Below are positions 50,502-60,139 of a stretch of DNA of 64,000 nucleotides, piece by piece (the first letter of the stretch is position 1; every line of letters begins with the position of its first letter). This stretch comes from Terriglobia bacterium (GTDB lineage Bacteria > Acidobacteriota > Terriglobia > 20CM-2-55-15): positions 672,001-736,000 of the forward strand of contig CAXWPJ010000002.1 in NCBI GenBank assembly GCA_963664115.2, in the 5' to 3' direction. The notes beneath the pieces were generated by a model. The model worked only from the letters and a program-made list of their open reading frames with translations. It made no database searches and was not told where the DNA came from. Position numbers and translations under genes: made by a program.

Positions 50502-51581
50502 ATGACCGAGATGTTCCACAAGACCGACGACCTTCGCATTGACGACATCGAGGAGTTGTCGCCTCCGAGTCACCTGCTGAGGGAATTTCCCGTCAGCGAG
50601 GCAGTCGCCACCCTGACGCACGACACGCGGCAGGCTATCCATCAGATACTGAATGGAGCGGATGACCGCTTACTTGCCATAGTCGGTCCCTGCTCCATAC
50701 ATGATCCGGCCGCCGCGTTGGAGTATGCCGGGAGGCTCAAGGCTGAAAGAGACCGTCTGGGGGGAGACCTGGTCGTCGTAATGCGGGTGTACTTCGAGAA
50801 GCCGCGGACCACTGTGGGATGGAAGGGCCTCATCAACGATCCGCACCTGGACGGTAGCTGCCAGATCAACGAGGGCATCCGCATCGGGCGCCAGTTGCTG
50901 TTGAAACTCAACGAGCTTGGGATGCCGGCGGGTGTCGAATACCTTGACGTGATCTCCCCTCAGTATCTTGCGGATCTGGTGAGCTGGGGTGCGATCGGTG
51001 CGCGTACGACCGAAAGTCAGGTTCATCGGGAGCTCGCTTCGGGGCTGTCGTGCCCGGTAGGGTTCAAAAACGGAACCGACGGAAATTTGAAGATTGCGGT
51101 GGACGCGATCCGGACCTCCGAGCATTCGCATCATTTTTTGTCGGTGACCAAGGCCGGTCACTCTGCGATCGTAACGACGAGCGGCAACGAAGACTGCCAT
51201 CTCATCCTGAGGGGCGGTAAAGAGCCGAACTACGACGCGGCGAGTGTGGCAGCAGCTTCCGGGCAACTCTCGGCCGCCGGTTTAGCCCCACGCTTGATGA
51301 TCGACCTGAGTCATTCCAACAGTCAGAAGAACCATATGCGCCAGATTGACGTCGGGCGGGATGTCGCCTCCCAGGTTGCCGGCGGCGACGACGGGATCAT
51401 CGGAGTGATGGTCGAGAGCCATTTGAACGCGGGCCGGCAGGACCTGGAACCGGGGAAAAACCTGGCATACGGCCAGAGCATCACGGACGCCTGTATCGGC
51501 TGGGAAGATACCGTGCCCGTGTTGGACGCGTTCGCCGATGCCGTTCGTGCCCGCCGCAGCAAGCGCGAATCGGACAACTAG
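50502..51581 (+). CDS. aroG: 3-deoxy-7-phosphoheptulonate (DAHP) synthase, class I-alpha
   Basis: GPCSIHD; MRVYFEKPRTTVGWKGLINDP; AIGARTTESQVHRELASGLSCPVGFKN; YGQSITDAC. Confidence 0.93.
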   Translation: MTEMFHKTDDLRIDDIEELSPPSHLLREFPVSEAVATLTHDTRQAIHQILNGADDRLLAIVGPCSIHDPAAALEYAGRLKAERDRLGGDLVVVMRVYFEKPRTTVGWKGLINDPHLDGSCQINEGIRIGRQLLLKLNELGMPAGVEYLDVISPQYLADLVSWGAIGARTTESQVHRELASGLSCPVGFKNGTDGNLKIAVDAIRTSEHSHHFLSVTKAGHSAIVTTSGNEDCHLILRGGKEPNYDAASVAAASGQLSAAGLAPRLMIDLSHSNSQKNHMRQIDVGRDVASQVAGGDDGIIGVMVESHLNAGRQDLEPGKNLAYGQSITDACIGWEDTVPVLDAFADAVRARRSKRESDN

Positions 51582-51623
51582 CGTTCTCTGTTGAAAGTTC
51601 GGTGCGGGACAGATTTGTCCAGG

Positions 51624-51856
51624 TCAGATCGGATCATCTTCTTACTCTAAACGCCTCGGCTTCCGCCTCGTTGCTATGAAAGCCGTTCACCCGCAGCGAG
51701 GAACGCTGCGGGTTTGTTTAAAGAACTACATCAACGTTTCGTTAATCCTAATACGCCTCTCCATCAGAATGATGGAGAGGGTCGCCGGTCGTTCGGCCAA
51801 CGCGTGGAACGCGACAGAGATGGTCATCCGATTGAACGACCGAGCGAAATCTTACA
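51624..51856 (+). repeat. Multi-hairpin intergenic repeat, copy 3 (with insertions)
   Basis: Same three stems, plus a 12-bp insertion (CTATGAAAGCCG) and an expanded interior of the last stem. Confidence 0.88.
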
Positions 51857-51887
51857 CCGCGAACTTATTGCCGAGGACCCCAGAACG

Positions 51888-52685
51888 TTACAACTCACAC
51901 GGTGTCGGGTCCCATCCCGAGTCATCCGGCTCCTTCCGGAACTGCAGGGTCCGGATGTAGCGTGCTGCAAGATAGGCGGGGTCTTCAAGGATCGTCGTCA
52001 GCACAAGATACTCCACGCCTCTGTCCTCCAGCGTGATTAAGGACTCTCTGTAAACGGCCTGATCACTGTAAGGAATACCATGTCTGAAAAAGTGGCCCGC
52101 GGCGATGTGCGTGGTAACCACGTTCAACTCACCCGATGCCCTCTCTTCGGGCAACGACCCGTTCCGACGGCCACCCGTTGCGCGCCACGCCGCGAGGGAA
52201 TGGCCTTGAGGTGTCGGTGGCCCGCCTGCGGGAGGCGATCCATCGAAATGAAACAGCCGGGTTTGCATACCGGCGTCGACGTCAATCCGAAGAGTGTTGT
52301 CGTCTTCCCAGGTGATGTGGAATCTTCCGGGGATCCGCATGATTCCCGCGGCCCCGTAAGCGGCGCATTCCTCGCCCCGGGCCAGAGCTTCTTCCGGATC
52401 CCAGCTGTCGGCGACGCGGCGGCCTTCCTCGTTGAGCGGCAGATAATCGTAGTCGCCCCGTTGGGCCGTTCGCATACGCAAGCGCCAGTCTTCGCTGACG
52501 ATGGACACCCAGTATCCGGTCAAGTCGATGGGCGCAGCAACTCTCGCCGGTTCCGGAACCTGCTCTTGATTCCGCTGTGCATCCAGGGCAAGCGGCATGG
52601 CAAGAATGATCGAGGCGGTGGCTCCGATCAGCGACGTCAAAGCCGACCTGGGCAAAATCTTGGTGTTCACTATTGTTTCTTCCAA
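51888..52685 (-). CDS. Secreted hypothetical protein, divergent two-Cys DUF6152-partner family
   Basis: Signal peptide; DLTGYW, C..YGA.GIMR, QGHS.A.W, L.VVTT, EDP.YL, terminal PTPC. Confidence 0.7.
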   Translation of the reverse strand: MEETIVNTKILPRSALTSLIGATASIILAMPLALDAQRNQEQVPEPARVAAPIDLTGYWVSIVSEDWRLRMRTAQRGDYDYLPLNEEGRRVADSWDPEEALARGEECAAYGAAGIMRIPGRFHITWEDDNTLRIDVDAGMQTRLFHFDGSPPAGGPPTPQGHSLAAWRATGGRRNGSLPEERASGELNVVTTHIAAGHFFRHGIPYSDQAVYRESLITLEDRGVEYLVLTTILEDPAYLAARYIRTLQFRKEPDDSGWDPTPCEL

Positions 52686-52712
52686 CCCTAAAACAACCCG
52701 ACAATCGGCGTT

Positions 52713-53114
52713 TTAATCGAAGACTTCTCCAGGGCTTTGACCCCATCCGAAACCGTCCGATTCCCGCCGTAGAGACTCCATCTTCACCCGATGGTCAATC
52801 CCCACGTTCCGACTGGGAACCCCGGAGATCACCACCCGGTCACCCGGTCTCAGGGTTGTGCGGGTGACGCCCTGCCTTCCGAGTTGACCCGCGCCGCCCC
52901 ACTCCACACCCCAACGATGTATCTCGCCATTTGCGTCAGGAGCCATGACGTGAACGAAAGCGTGCGGGTTGCGGAACATGAAGGCGACAATTTCACCTTC
53001 GATTTCTATCGATTCGTCTTCCGCATAGGTCGATGCAAAGGAGTGGTGCGCGGTGGCCATCCCTTCCGGGAGCATTGCTCCGGCTACCAGTAGGACAAGT
53101 AGTTTTGCTTTCAT
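52713..53114 (-). CDS. DUF6152 family protein
   Basis: Signal peptide then AHHSFASTY; FMFRNPH; WGVEW; LRPGD.V.I.G.P.R. Confidence 0.82.
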   Translation of the reverse strand: MKAKLLVLLVAGAMLPEGMATAHHSFASTYAEDESIEIEGEIVAFMFRNPHAFVHVMAPDANGEIHRWGVEWGGAGQLGRQGVTRTTLRPGDRVVISGVPSRNVGIDHRVKMESLRRESDGFGWGQSPGEVFD

Positions 53115-53168
53115 CGCCAGTCCTCCAGCTTCGTACGCTGATTTTCAGACGCTAGATCTTCGGAACCC

Positions 53169-54283
53169 TTAGGGCGCATCGCTGAGACTTGTGTAAACGG
53201 CTTCGACGAAGGTATCCGTCGTCCAGAAGCCCTCGTCGCTGCCGTAGATGGTGTCGTAATCCAGCGTTGGCCGGCCCGCTTTCACCTCTTCCAGCGTCAT
53301 GCCCTGATCGATCATGTTTTGAATGCGGTCGCGGATTATCGTGATCATGTCCCTGTAGTAGCCGACATCCGCAGAATCGGAAACCCTTCCGTGGCCCGGG
53401 ATGATCATGGTGCCACCTTCAGTCCGGAACTCAGGGAAGGCCAGCTCCAGAATGAAGTTTAACGAGTCGACGACACCCTGAATGCTCCCACCGCGTTCGA
53501 GATCGATGATCGGGTAGCTCGTCGGCGTGTACAGCTCGTCGGCGTGTACAGATCGCCAGTTGCAATCACATCCGAACCCCGGAACCATACGAGAGAGTCA
53601 CCGTCGGTATGTGCTGACGGTCTGTGAATCAGTTGCACGCCCTCGCCGTTCATGTGGTGGCTGAGCTTGTACTGACTCACATAGTATGTGTCCGTCGGCC
53701 ACACATCCGTCGGCAGGTCCGCCCGCGCCATCCGCCCCAGTACGTTCTCATGCGCCCAGACCAGGGCGCCTTCGGCGGCATCCGCGATCGTTGCCGCGAC
53801 ATTGCCGCCCGTTATTGTCGCGCCCGCCGCGGACAGGACCGCATTGCCGCCGGTGTGGTCGTCATGGATATGGGTGTTGAGGATGTACCGAATCGGCTTG
53901 GGTGGAGGTGGGGTCGCCCGCCCCCGCTCCATCGACGACACCGTCTCTGAAGCAAAACCCAGGCGCTGAGGCTGAACGAATGCGAGGTTTCTCTGCAACT
54001 CCCGGACGGCCGCCAGCACGGCTTCGGCTCCGTCCGCTCTTCCCGTGTCCACAAGCAAGACGCCGTCGGGTCCGACCTGTACCGCAACGTTTCCGCCATT
54101 TCCTGCGATCAGATAGACGGATCCCTGTACATGAAGCGTCTCGATACTGGGGCTGTTTTCTTGAGCGTATGCGGAGTCGATCCATTCCATCCCCGCTCCC
54201 AGGAACAGGAGCGCCCCGCCGAAGAGGCAGACGGGCATCAATGACTTCCTGAAAATCGATGCCCTGCAGATGGCTTTCTTCAT
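53169..54283 (-). pseudogene. Secreted MBL-fold metallo-hydrolase (cyclase-like), frameshifted by a 17-bp duplication
   Basis: THIHDDHTGGN (HxHxDH), AHTDGD and ATGD are in one frame and IIPGHG is in another. The tandem copy of AGCTCGTCGGCGTGTAC is at 53516-53549. Confidence 0.8.
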
Positions 54284-54338
54284 TGCCCTCGCTCCCAATG
54301 CTGACTTGACCTGGACATGGGACCCCAATAATTTGGCG

Positions 54339-55244
54339 CTAGCACACAAGGCCCTCACACGCGATCGCTCTCAACGGCCGGGGGAAGGGCCGGTCGGTCA
54401 TTTCCTTCAATTTCTTCCGGTATTCCGGATACATCGTCTCCGCCCCACCCCGGGATGCCTCGATCGGGATGTCGTAGTAAGAGGCGAAAGCGCCGAGAGT
54501 TGGATTGGTCCCCGGCAGGTAGTGGGGGACCACCCCCGGATCCATATCGACCTCCGTCACAACAGTGCAGGGGTAAGGGGGCAGTCGTTGGTTCAGGTCC
54601 AGGAGATATTCCCGGCTCCGGATCAGCGGTTCTTCGAGATACGCGGGATCGTAGATGATGCTAGTGTAGGTGAGAACGTTTCCCCGCCGGGTCAGGAACT
54701 GCGTGATCTCGGACTTGTCGCTACGAAACACGCCCGAGCGTCTCATGTAGCCTTCTTTCAGGTGGGTCGTGCTGATCTTGAGGACATCTCCGATCCACTC
54801 CCCGCTTGAAAATCCACCCCAGCTGTGCGGGGCGTTTTCCGAAGGGTGGGGCCGTCCATCCATGTATATCGGGTAATCGACGGATCGCAGCCATTCCGTG
54901 TGTATGGCCACGGTTTCCCGTGAGACGGGATCGATCTCCTGCCAGATCTTCAGTTCTGACGGGCCTCGTTCCAGGTAGCCCAGCGGGTGGGGCCGGCATT
55001 GCCACTCGGGCAGCGTCCACCGGGTTGCGGTCCACGCATCGGCGCGCGCGCGTGCATTGTCATTGATGGGCATGCCCGCATAGTCCCCGGGCAGGACGTT
55101 CGGGCGTGGCGTCTGATCCTCGTGAGCCCGATTGGGACTCCACTCTCCGGAAAGATCCACCTGGGCGAGTGCGGGCGAACCCGCGAATAGAGTCAGAAAT
55201 AAGAACGTATACACGGAAATCTTCATGCCGTTGACCCCGCTCAT
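54339..55244 (-). CDS. Secreted hypothetical protein, two-Cys DUF6152-partner family
   Basis: GGAGGT RBS before ATG 55244; DLSGEW, QCRPHP, IYMDGRPHP, WGGFSSGEW.GD.L...TT, DP.YL.EP, PYPC. Confidence 0.75.
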   Translation of the reverse strand: MSGVNGMKISVYTFLFLTLFAGSPALAQVDLSGEWSPNRAHEDQTPRPNVLPGDYAGMPINDNARARADAWTATRWTLPEWQCRPHPLGYLERGPSELKIWQEIDPVSRETVAIHTEWLRSVDYPIYMDGRPHPSENAPHSWGGFSSGEWIGDVLKISTTHLKEGYMRRSGVFRSDKSEITQFLTRRGNVLTYTSIIYDPAYLEEPLIRSREYLLDLNQRLPPYPCTVVTEVDMDPGVVPHYLPGTNPTLGAFASYYDIPIEASRGGAETMYPEYRKKLKEMTDRPFPRPLRAIACEGLVC

Positions 55245-55454
55245 GGCCACCTCCGATTTGCGCCTGCTCGCTTTACCCATCAGGGTCTGACTATCCAATA
55301 AAGAGCTAGTTGCGGGAGTAAGATTCAGAAGGAGTGTAGTGCCAGATTCGGAGATCGTCAAGGCCTCCCCACCCTCCGGTGAAGATGGGGTTGTTCACCC
55401 TCTAAGGAAGCTCATCCCAACGCTCAAATGAAACGACGAGGTCTCACCCGAATT

Positions 55455-56036
55455 TCAGTTTGAGTTGCCCAAATTGCCCAACTCACCGTCCCAGCGGGTC
55501 GACCCTTCGGTGTGAATGCCAAACTGATCCAGCACCCGCATCACGATGTGATCCACGGCGGTGTCCAGGGATTCGGGGTGATTGTAGAACGCGGGTACCG
55601 GGGGGACGATGACGACGCCCATCCGTGAAAGCTTCAACATGTTTTCGATGTGAATGTCGCTGAGCGGAGATTCCCTCACCATCAGCACGAGCTTCCGCCT
55701 TTCCTTGAGTACGACGTCGGCCGCGCGATGTACGAGGTTGTCGCCCTGGCCGTGGGCGATCGCCGCCAGGGAGCGCACGCTACAGGGTGCGATGATCATG
55801 CCGTCGGTGACAAACGAGCCACTGGAGATCGCTGCCCCTTGATCGCTCTCCGCATATGTACACGTAGCGAGTGCTTTGACCGCGTCCACCGTGGTGGTGG
55901 TTTCATGAACCAGCGTCCGTGCACCCCACTTGCTTATCACGAGATGGCTTTCGATTTCCGAAGCCCTCAGCGCTTCCAGCAACCGGATTCCGAAGATCGT
56001 TCCGGTTGCACCTGTAATGCCGACGATGAGTTTCAT
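55455..56036 (-). CDS. ubiX: Flavin prenyltransferase
   Basis: IVGITGATG; ISSGS; IAPCS; RAADVVLKERRKLVL.VRESP; PPVPAFY. Confidence 0.95.
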   Translation of the reverse strand: MKLIVGITGATGTIFGIRLLEALRASEIESHLVISKWGARTLVHETTTTVDAVKALATCTYAESDQGAAISSGSFVTDGMIIAPCSVRSLAAIAHGQGDNLVHRAADVVLKERRKLVLMVRESPLSDIHIENMLKLSRMGVVIVPPVPAFYNHPESLDTAVDHIVMRVLDQFGIHTEGSTRWDGELGNLGNSN

Positions 56037-56040
56037 AGGG

Positions 56041-56526
56041 TCATTCCGAGAGTTCTTTCAATATCGCGCTGTAACGGTCCTGGTCTGAGCGAAGGTGCGG
56101 GTTAACGCAGGTGACGCCGCTCGAGATGTACGCTCCGGGCTCCAGCTTCGGGTCGGCATGATCGGTAAGAACCTGTGCCAGGGAAACATTGAACATGGAA
56201 TTATGGGCTGCGGATTGCATTTCCTGCCGCAACTCTGCTGCGGTTCCTTTGAGGTAGTACGTCGTGCGTGCGTCAAAGATCGAGAGTGTCACTTTTTCCC
56301 GCCGCCGCATGTTTTCGCTCGTGCGGCTGGTCTTATATGTGGCCAGCCGGATGTTTCCTCTATCAACGGCCACCACTTCAAAATAGCTCAAAACCGCCGG
56401 GTGTGGCCAGAGGTCGGCATCCAGGGTGTGAATCAGGATCACCTGATCGGAGCGTTCCTCCACAAAGCGGCCGCACAGCCGCCGTTCGAGATCCTCGGTC
56501 AGCAAAGTATCGATCAATCGGGCCAT
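56041..56526 (-). CDS. Pyridoxamine 5'-phosphate oxidase-like (FMN-binding split barrel) protein
   Basis: T.D...WPH.A.LS..EV.A; S.T..NMRR..K.TL; YYLKG.A. Confidence 0.65.
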   Translation of the reverse strand: MARLIDTLLTEDLERRLCGRFVEERSDQVILIHTLDADLWPHPAVLSYFEVVAVDRGNIRLATYKTSRTSENMRRREKVTLSIFDARTTYYLKGTAAELRQEMQSAAHNSMFNVSLAQVLTDHADPKLEPGAYISSGVTCVNPHLRSDQDRYSAILKELSE

Positions 56527-56702
56527 AGGGGCATTCCTATAAACGATTCATGATTTCACTTGCCGCTCACGGTTGCAATCGCTTGCCGGACACCTCTGCA
56601 ATCATGGACAGGCGCAAACCGGCCATGCTGGCGAGGGATGGCGCAGCCAGTGTAGGATGAGGTGGCCAAAATACCTATCGGCGTCAGACAAGGAGACGGA
56701 CC

Positions 56703-58298
56703 GTGAAAGAAGTGAAGTCAGGCGACGGGTCGCGGCTTGAGCCGGGTCAGGAACATCCCGACCGCAGTCCAATGGACGGGATCGGCCCGGCAGATCTCAG
56801 AGAGTACATCGATCGGATCGAGCGAGCCGGCGAACTCAAGCGGATCACCGCCGAGGTCGATCTGGCCGAGGAGATGTCCGCAATCGTTTATCTGGCGGCC
56901 CGCGAGGTGGGCGCACCGGCATATTTGTTTGAGAACGTGAAAGGCTACGAGACCCCCGTCCTCTGGAACATGTGGGGGTCCAGTAGCAACCGTCTGGGCG
57001 CGGCCATGGGCCTTCCTATGGGATTGAGCCTCCGCGAGCTGGTGCTGGCCACGCGGAATCGTCTGGGTCGAAAGATCGCGCCGGTGACCGTTTCCTCCGA
57101 TGGCGCCGCGGTGTTTGAAAACACGCTGACGGGAGACGATATCGACGTTTACCGTTTTCCAGCACCCCAGCACTGGCCTCTGGATGGTGGGCGCTACATC
57201 GGGACGGCGGATGCCGTCATCACGCGCGACCCCGAAGACGGCCACATGAACGTCGGGACCTACCGGATGATGATCCATGACCGCAACCACGTGGGTCTGT
57301 ATATGTCTCCCGGAAAAGACGCCCGCCTCCAGATGGAGCGCTGGTGGCAGGCCGGTAAACCCTGCGAGGTCGTGGCGGTATGGGGGGTGGACCCTGCAAC
57401 GTTCCTGCTGTCCGGGATCACGATGCCAAAAACCGAATCCGAGTGGGACTACATCGGCGGCCTCAAGGGCGAGGCCGTGAAGTTATTGAACGGGAAGTTC
57501 ACGGATCTCCAGTTTTCAGCAGGGTCCGAGATCGTCATGGAAGGCATTGTCTATCCGCAGGATTACAAAAAAGAAGGACCGTTCGGAGAGTTCACCGGGT
57601 ACTACGGCCGACCCAGCGATCCGTCGCCTCAGGTCGAAATCAAAGCGATCCATTTCAGGAACAATCCGATTCTCACTGCAGCTCTGATGGCGGATCATTG
57701 GGCTTCCAACGACAGCGCCCTGCAGTTTGCTGTCATTCGTTCCGCACGGATCTGGGACGACCTGGACCGGCTCGGCATCCCGGGCATCCGGGGAGTCTAT
57801 GCCCACCCGTCTGCTGCCGGCGGCTTCGGCATGAACGTCGTTTCCCTGGAGCAACGCTACGCCGGGCATGCGCAACAGGTCCTGGCGATCGCGGCCCAGT
57901 CCCCGGGTGGCGCGTATTTCAGCAAGTGGATCATCGCCGTCGATCACGATATCGATCCGACGGATCTCGATCAGGTCATGTGGGCGATGGCCACACGCTG
58001 CAACCCGGTCGATGACATCGATATTCTGCGCAACACCTGGTCGACGTGGCTCGATCCCGCGCAGAACCCGCCTGACAAGAGACCCTATAGTTCGAAAGCG
58101 CTGATCAACGCCTGCATGGATCACAAGCACATCAAGACCTTCTCGAAGCGGTCGAAACTGCGCAAAGAAATCTACGACAGGGTCGTCGGACGATGGAGCG
58201 AATTGGGATTTAAAGGAAAGCCGCCCGATATACCCAGCTTTGAAGAAGATAAGGAGTGGCCGCGTGTGGACACGAAAGGCGGGCGGAGCGCGATTTAG
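56703..58298 (+). CDS. UbiD family prFMN-dependent (de)carboxylase
   Basis: DLRE.I......GEL..I..EVD; DGGRYIGT; N.GTYR; EGPFGEFTGYY; IIAVD.DIDP; WA..TR..P; LDP. Confidence 0.92.
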   Translation: MKEVKSGDGSRLEPGQEHPDRSPMDGIGPADLREYIDRIERAGELKRITAEVDLAEEMSAIVYLAAREVGAPAYLFENVKGYETPVLWNMWGSSSNRLGAAMGLPMGLSLRELVLATRNRLGRKIAPVTVSSDGAAVFENTLTGDDIDVYRFPAPQHWPLDGGRYIGTADAVITRDPEDGHMNVGTYRMMIHDRNHVGLYMSPGKDARLQMERWWQAGKPCEVVAVWGVDPATFLLSGITMPKTESEWDYIGGLKGEAVKLLNGKFTDLQFSAGSEIVMEGIVYPQDYKKEGPFGEFTGYYGRPSDPSPQVEIKAIHFRNNPILTAALMADHWASNDSALQFAVIRSARIWDDLDRLGIPGIRGVYAHPSAAGGFGMNVVSLEQRYAGHAQQVLAIAAQSPGGAYFSKWIIAVDHDIDPTDLDQVMWAMATRCNPVDDIDILRNTWSTWLDPAQNPPDKRPYSSKALINACMDHKHIKTFSKRSKLRKEIYDRVVGRWSELGFKGKPPDIPSFEEDKEWPRVDTKGGRSAI

Positions 58299-58374
58299 TG
58301 CAGCTTGCTGCCAGCGATAGCCCCGGTCTGTAAAAGATCCGCGCTACCATCTGATCACAGTTTGCCCCGCGCCT

Positions 58375-60108
58375 GTGGTTGCGGCGTACTGGATTAGTGA
58401 GGTTCTCGAGGTTCTCTATGAGATGCCCGTGGAGATGGCTAACGGCATGAGACGAATATCGGCGCTCATGATCCCGGCGGCTTGCTGTGAACTCCTCTTC
58501 ACAGCGCCGGGAGCGCAATCGAGATTCTGGCCCGGAAGACGAGTTCGAGTGGGCGGTGTGCTGCTCACAGCCGCTGGACTGCTCATGTCAGCTTGCGCTA
58601 CCGACGACCGTGTGGACCCGTCAGCTTCTCCTTTTGATCTGACCGAAGCTACGATTACCCAGATTCACCGGGCGTTCGCTTCAGGAGATCTTTCCTGTGC
58701 CGAATTGATCGCTGGATACCTCGCTCGAATCGACGCCTACGACGATCGGGGTCCGGAATTGAACGCGATCATTACTGTGAATTCGCGAGCGATGGTGGTG
58801 GCCGAAGACCTGGACATGCGCTATGGGGAAAGCCCGGAAACGGTGGGTCCGCTCCACTGCGTACCCGTCATCGTGAAGGACAATTTCGATACAGCGGATC
58901 TGCCGACGACGGGTGGATCCGTAACACTGGCGAATTCCTATCCTATCGATGACGCTTTCACCGTCCGACGTCTCCGGGAAGCCGGGGCTGTTGTTCTGGC
59001 GAAGTCCAACCTGTCCGAGCTTGCCCGGGGCGGCGTGACGGCCAGTTCACTGGGAGGACAGACGAGAAATCCCTATGACCTGGGGCGGACGCCCGGGGGT
59101 TCGAGCGGCGGTACGGGCGCGGCCATCGCCGCCGGTTTCGGCATCCTCGGTACAGGGAGCGACACGGGACAATCAATCCGTTCGCCCGCATCGGCCCAAA
59201 GCCTTGTGGGAATCAGACCCACTCGGGGACTCGTGAGCCGCGACGGCGTGATCCCGAACAGCACGACTCAGGATGAGGTCGGCCCGATCACGCGCACCGT
59301 TGAAGATGCGGCCCGCATGCTGGACGTGATGGCTGGATACGATCCTGCCGATCCCATCACGGCCTTAGGAGTGCAGTACATTCCCGAAAGCTACACTCAG
59401 ACTCTCGACCCAGACGGTTTGAACCTCGCGCGCATCGGAGTGATCATGAATCTCTTCGGTGTGGAAACAATTCATGAAGTGGTCAACGTCGCCACGGAAT
59501 CCGCCATCGCTCAAATGGAGGCTGCTGGCGCAACGATGGTTCGGATCAACATCCCGTCGTTTGCCGAGATCGTGCGGGACGTTGCAGTCGCCGATTTCGA
59601 ATACAAAGATGTGTTCAAGCAGTACCTCGCGGATCTCGGGCCCAACCGACCGGTCGAGACCCTCGATGAATTTGTCACTCGCGGAGAATTCCACCCTTCG
59701 ATCCGGCAAGACCTGGAGTCGGCAGTGGCCATAGCGGACGGTCTGAACGACCCGGAGTACCGGCGTCGCCTGTTTCGCCGTGAGAACCTCCGACAGGCAT
59801 TGATGCGGGTGATCGCCGACAATGACCTGGACGCTCTCCTCTACCCGCACCAGCGTCGCCTGGTGGTGGCGATCGGCGAGGAACAACTGGAGCGCAACGG
59901 TGTGCTTTCTAATGCGACAGGCTTCCCGGCCATTACGATTCCGGGAGGGTTTTCCCCACCCACAGACTCCGCTCCGCTGGGTGTGCCGATCGGGATCGAA
60001 CTCCTGGGACCGGACTGGAGCGAGCCAACCCTCCTGAGGCTGGCCTTTGCGTTTGAACAGGTGTCGGCGATCCGGAAGTCCCCGGCTCCGACGCCGCCGT
60101 TGAACTGA
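58375..60108 (+). CDS. Amidase-signature family enzyme, probable lipoprotein (true start likely ~58550)
   Basis: GPLH.VP..VKDN; PGGSSGG; GSDTGQSIRSP; lipobox-like LMSAC. Confidence 0.9.
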   Translation: MVAAYWISEVLEVLYEMPVEMANGMRRISALMIPAACCELLFTAPGAQSRFWPGRRVRVGGVLLTAAGLLMSACATDDRVDPSASPFDLTEATITQIHRAFASGDLSCAELIAGYLARIDAYDDRGPELNAIITVNSRAMVVAEDLDMRYGESPETVGPLHCVPVIVKDNFDTADLPTTGGSVTLANSYPIDDAFTVRRLREAGAVVLAKSNLSELARGGVTASSLGGQTRNPYDLGRTPGGSSGGTGAAIAAGFGILGTGSDTGQSIRSPASAQSLVGIRPTRGLVSRDGVIPNSTTQDEVGPITRTVEDAARMLDVMAGYDPADPITALGVQYIPESYTQTLDPDGLNLARIGVIMNLFGVETIHEVVNVATESAIAQMEAAGATMVRINIPSFAEIVRDVAVADFEYKDVFKQYLADLGPNRPVETLDEFVTRGEFHPSIRQDLESAVAIADGLNDPEYRRRLFRRENLRQALMRVIADNDLDALLYPHQRRLVVAIGEEQLERNGVLSNATGFPAITIPGGFSPPTDSAPLGVPIGIELLGPDWSEPTLLRLAFAFEQVSAIRKSPAPTPPLN

Positions 60109-60139
60109 CAACGTCCGTCATTTTCTGAAGAGGGTTTCC

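Noticed and set aside
40886-51856. CRISPR array or integron attC sites for the hairpin repeats
   Set aside because: The copies are ~200 bp, kilobases apart and in mixed orientation. There is no repeat-spacer periodicity, no cas or intI gene, and no clear RYYYAAC/GTTRRRY ends.
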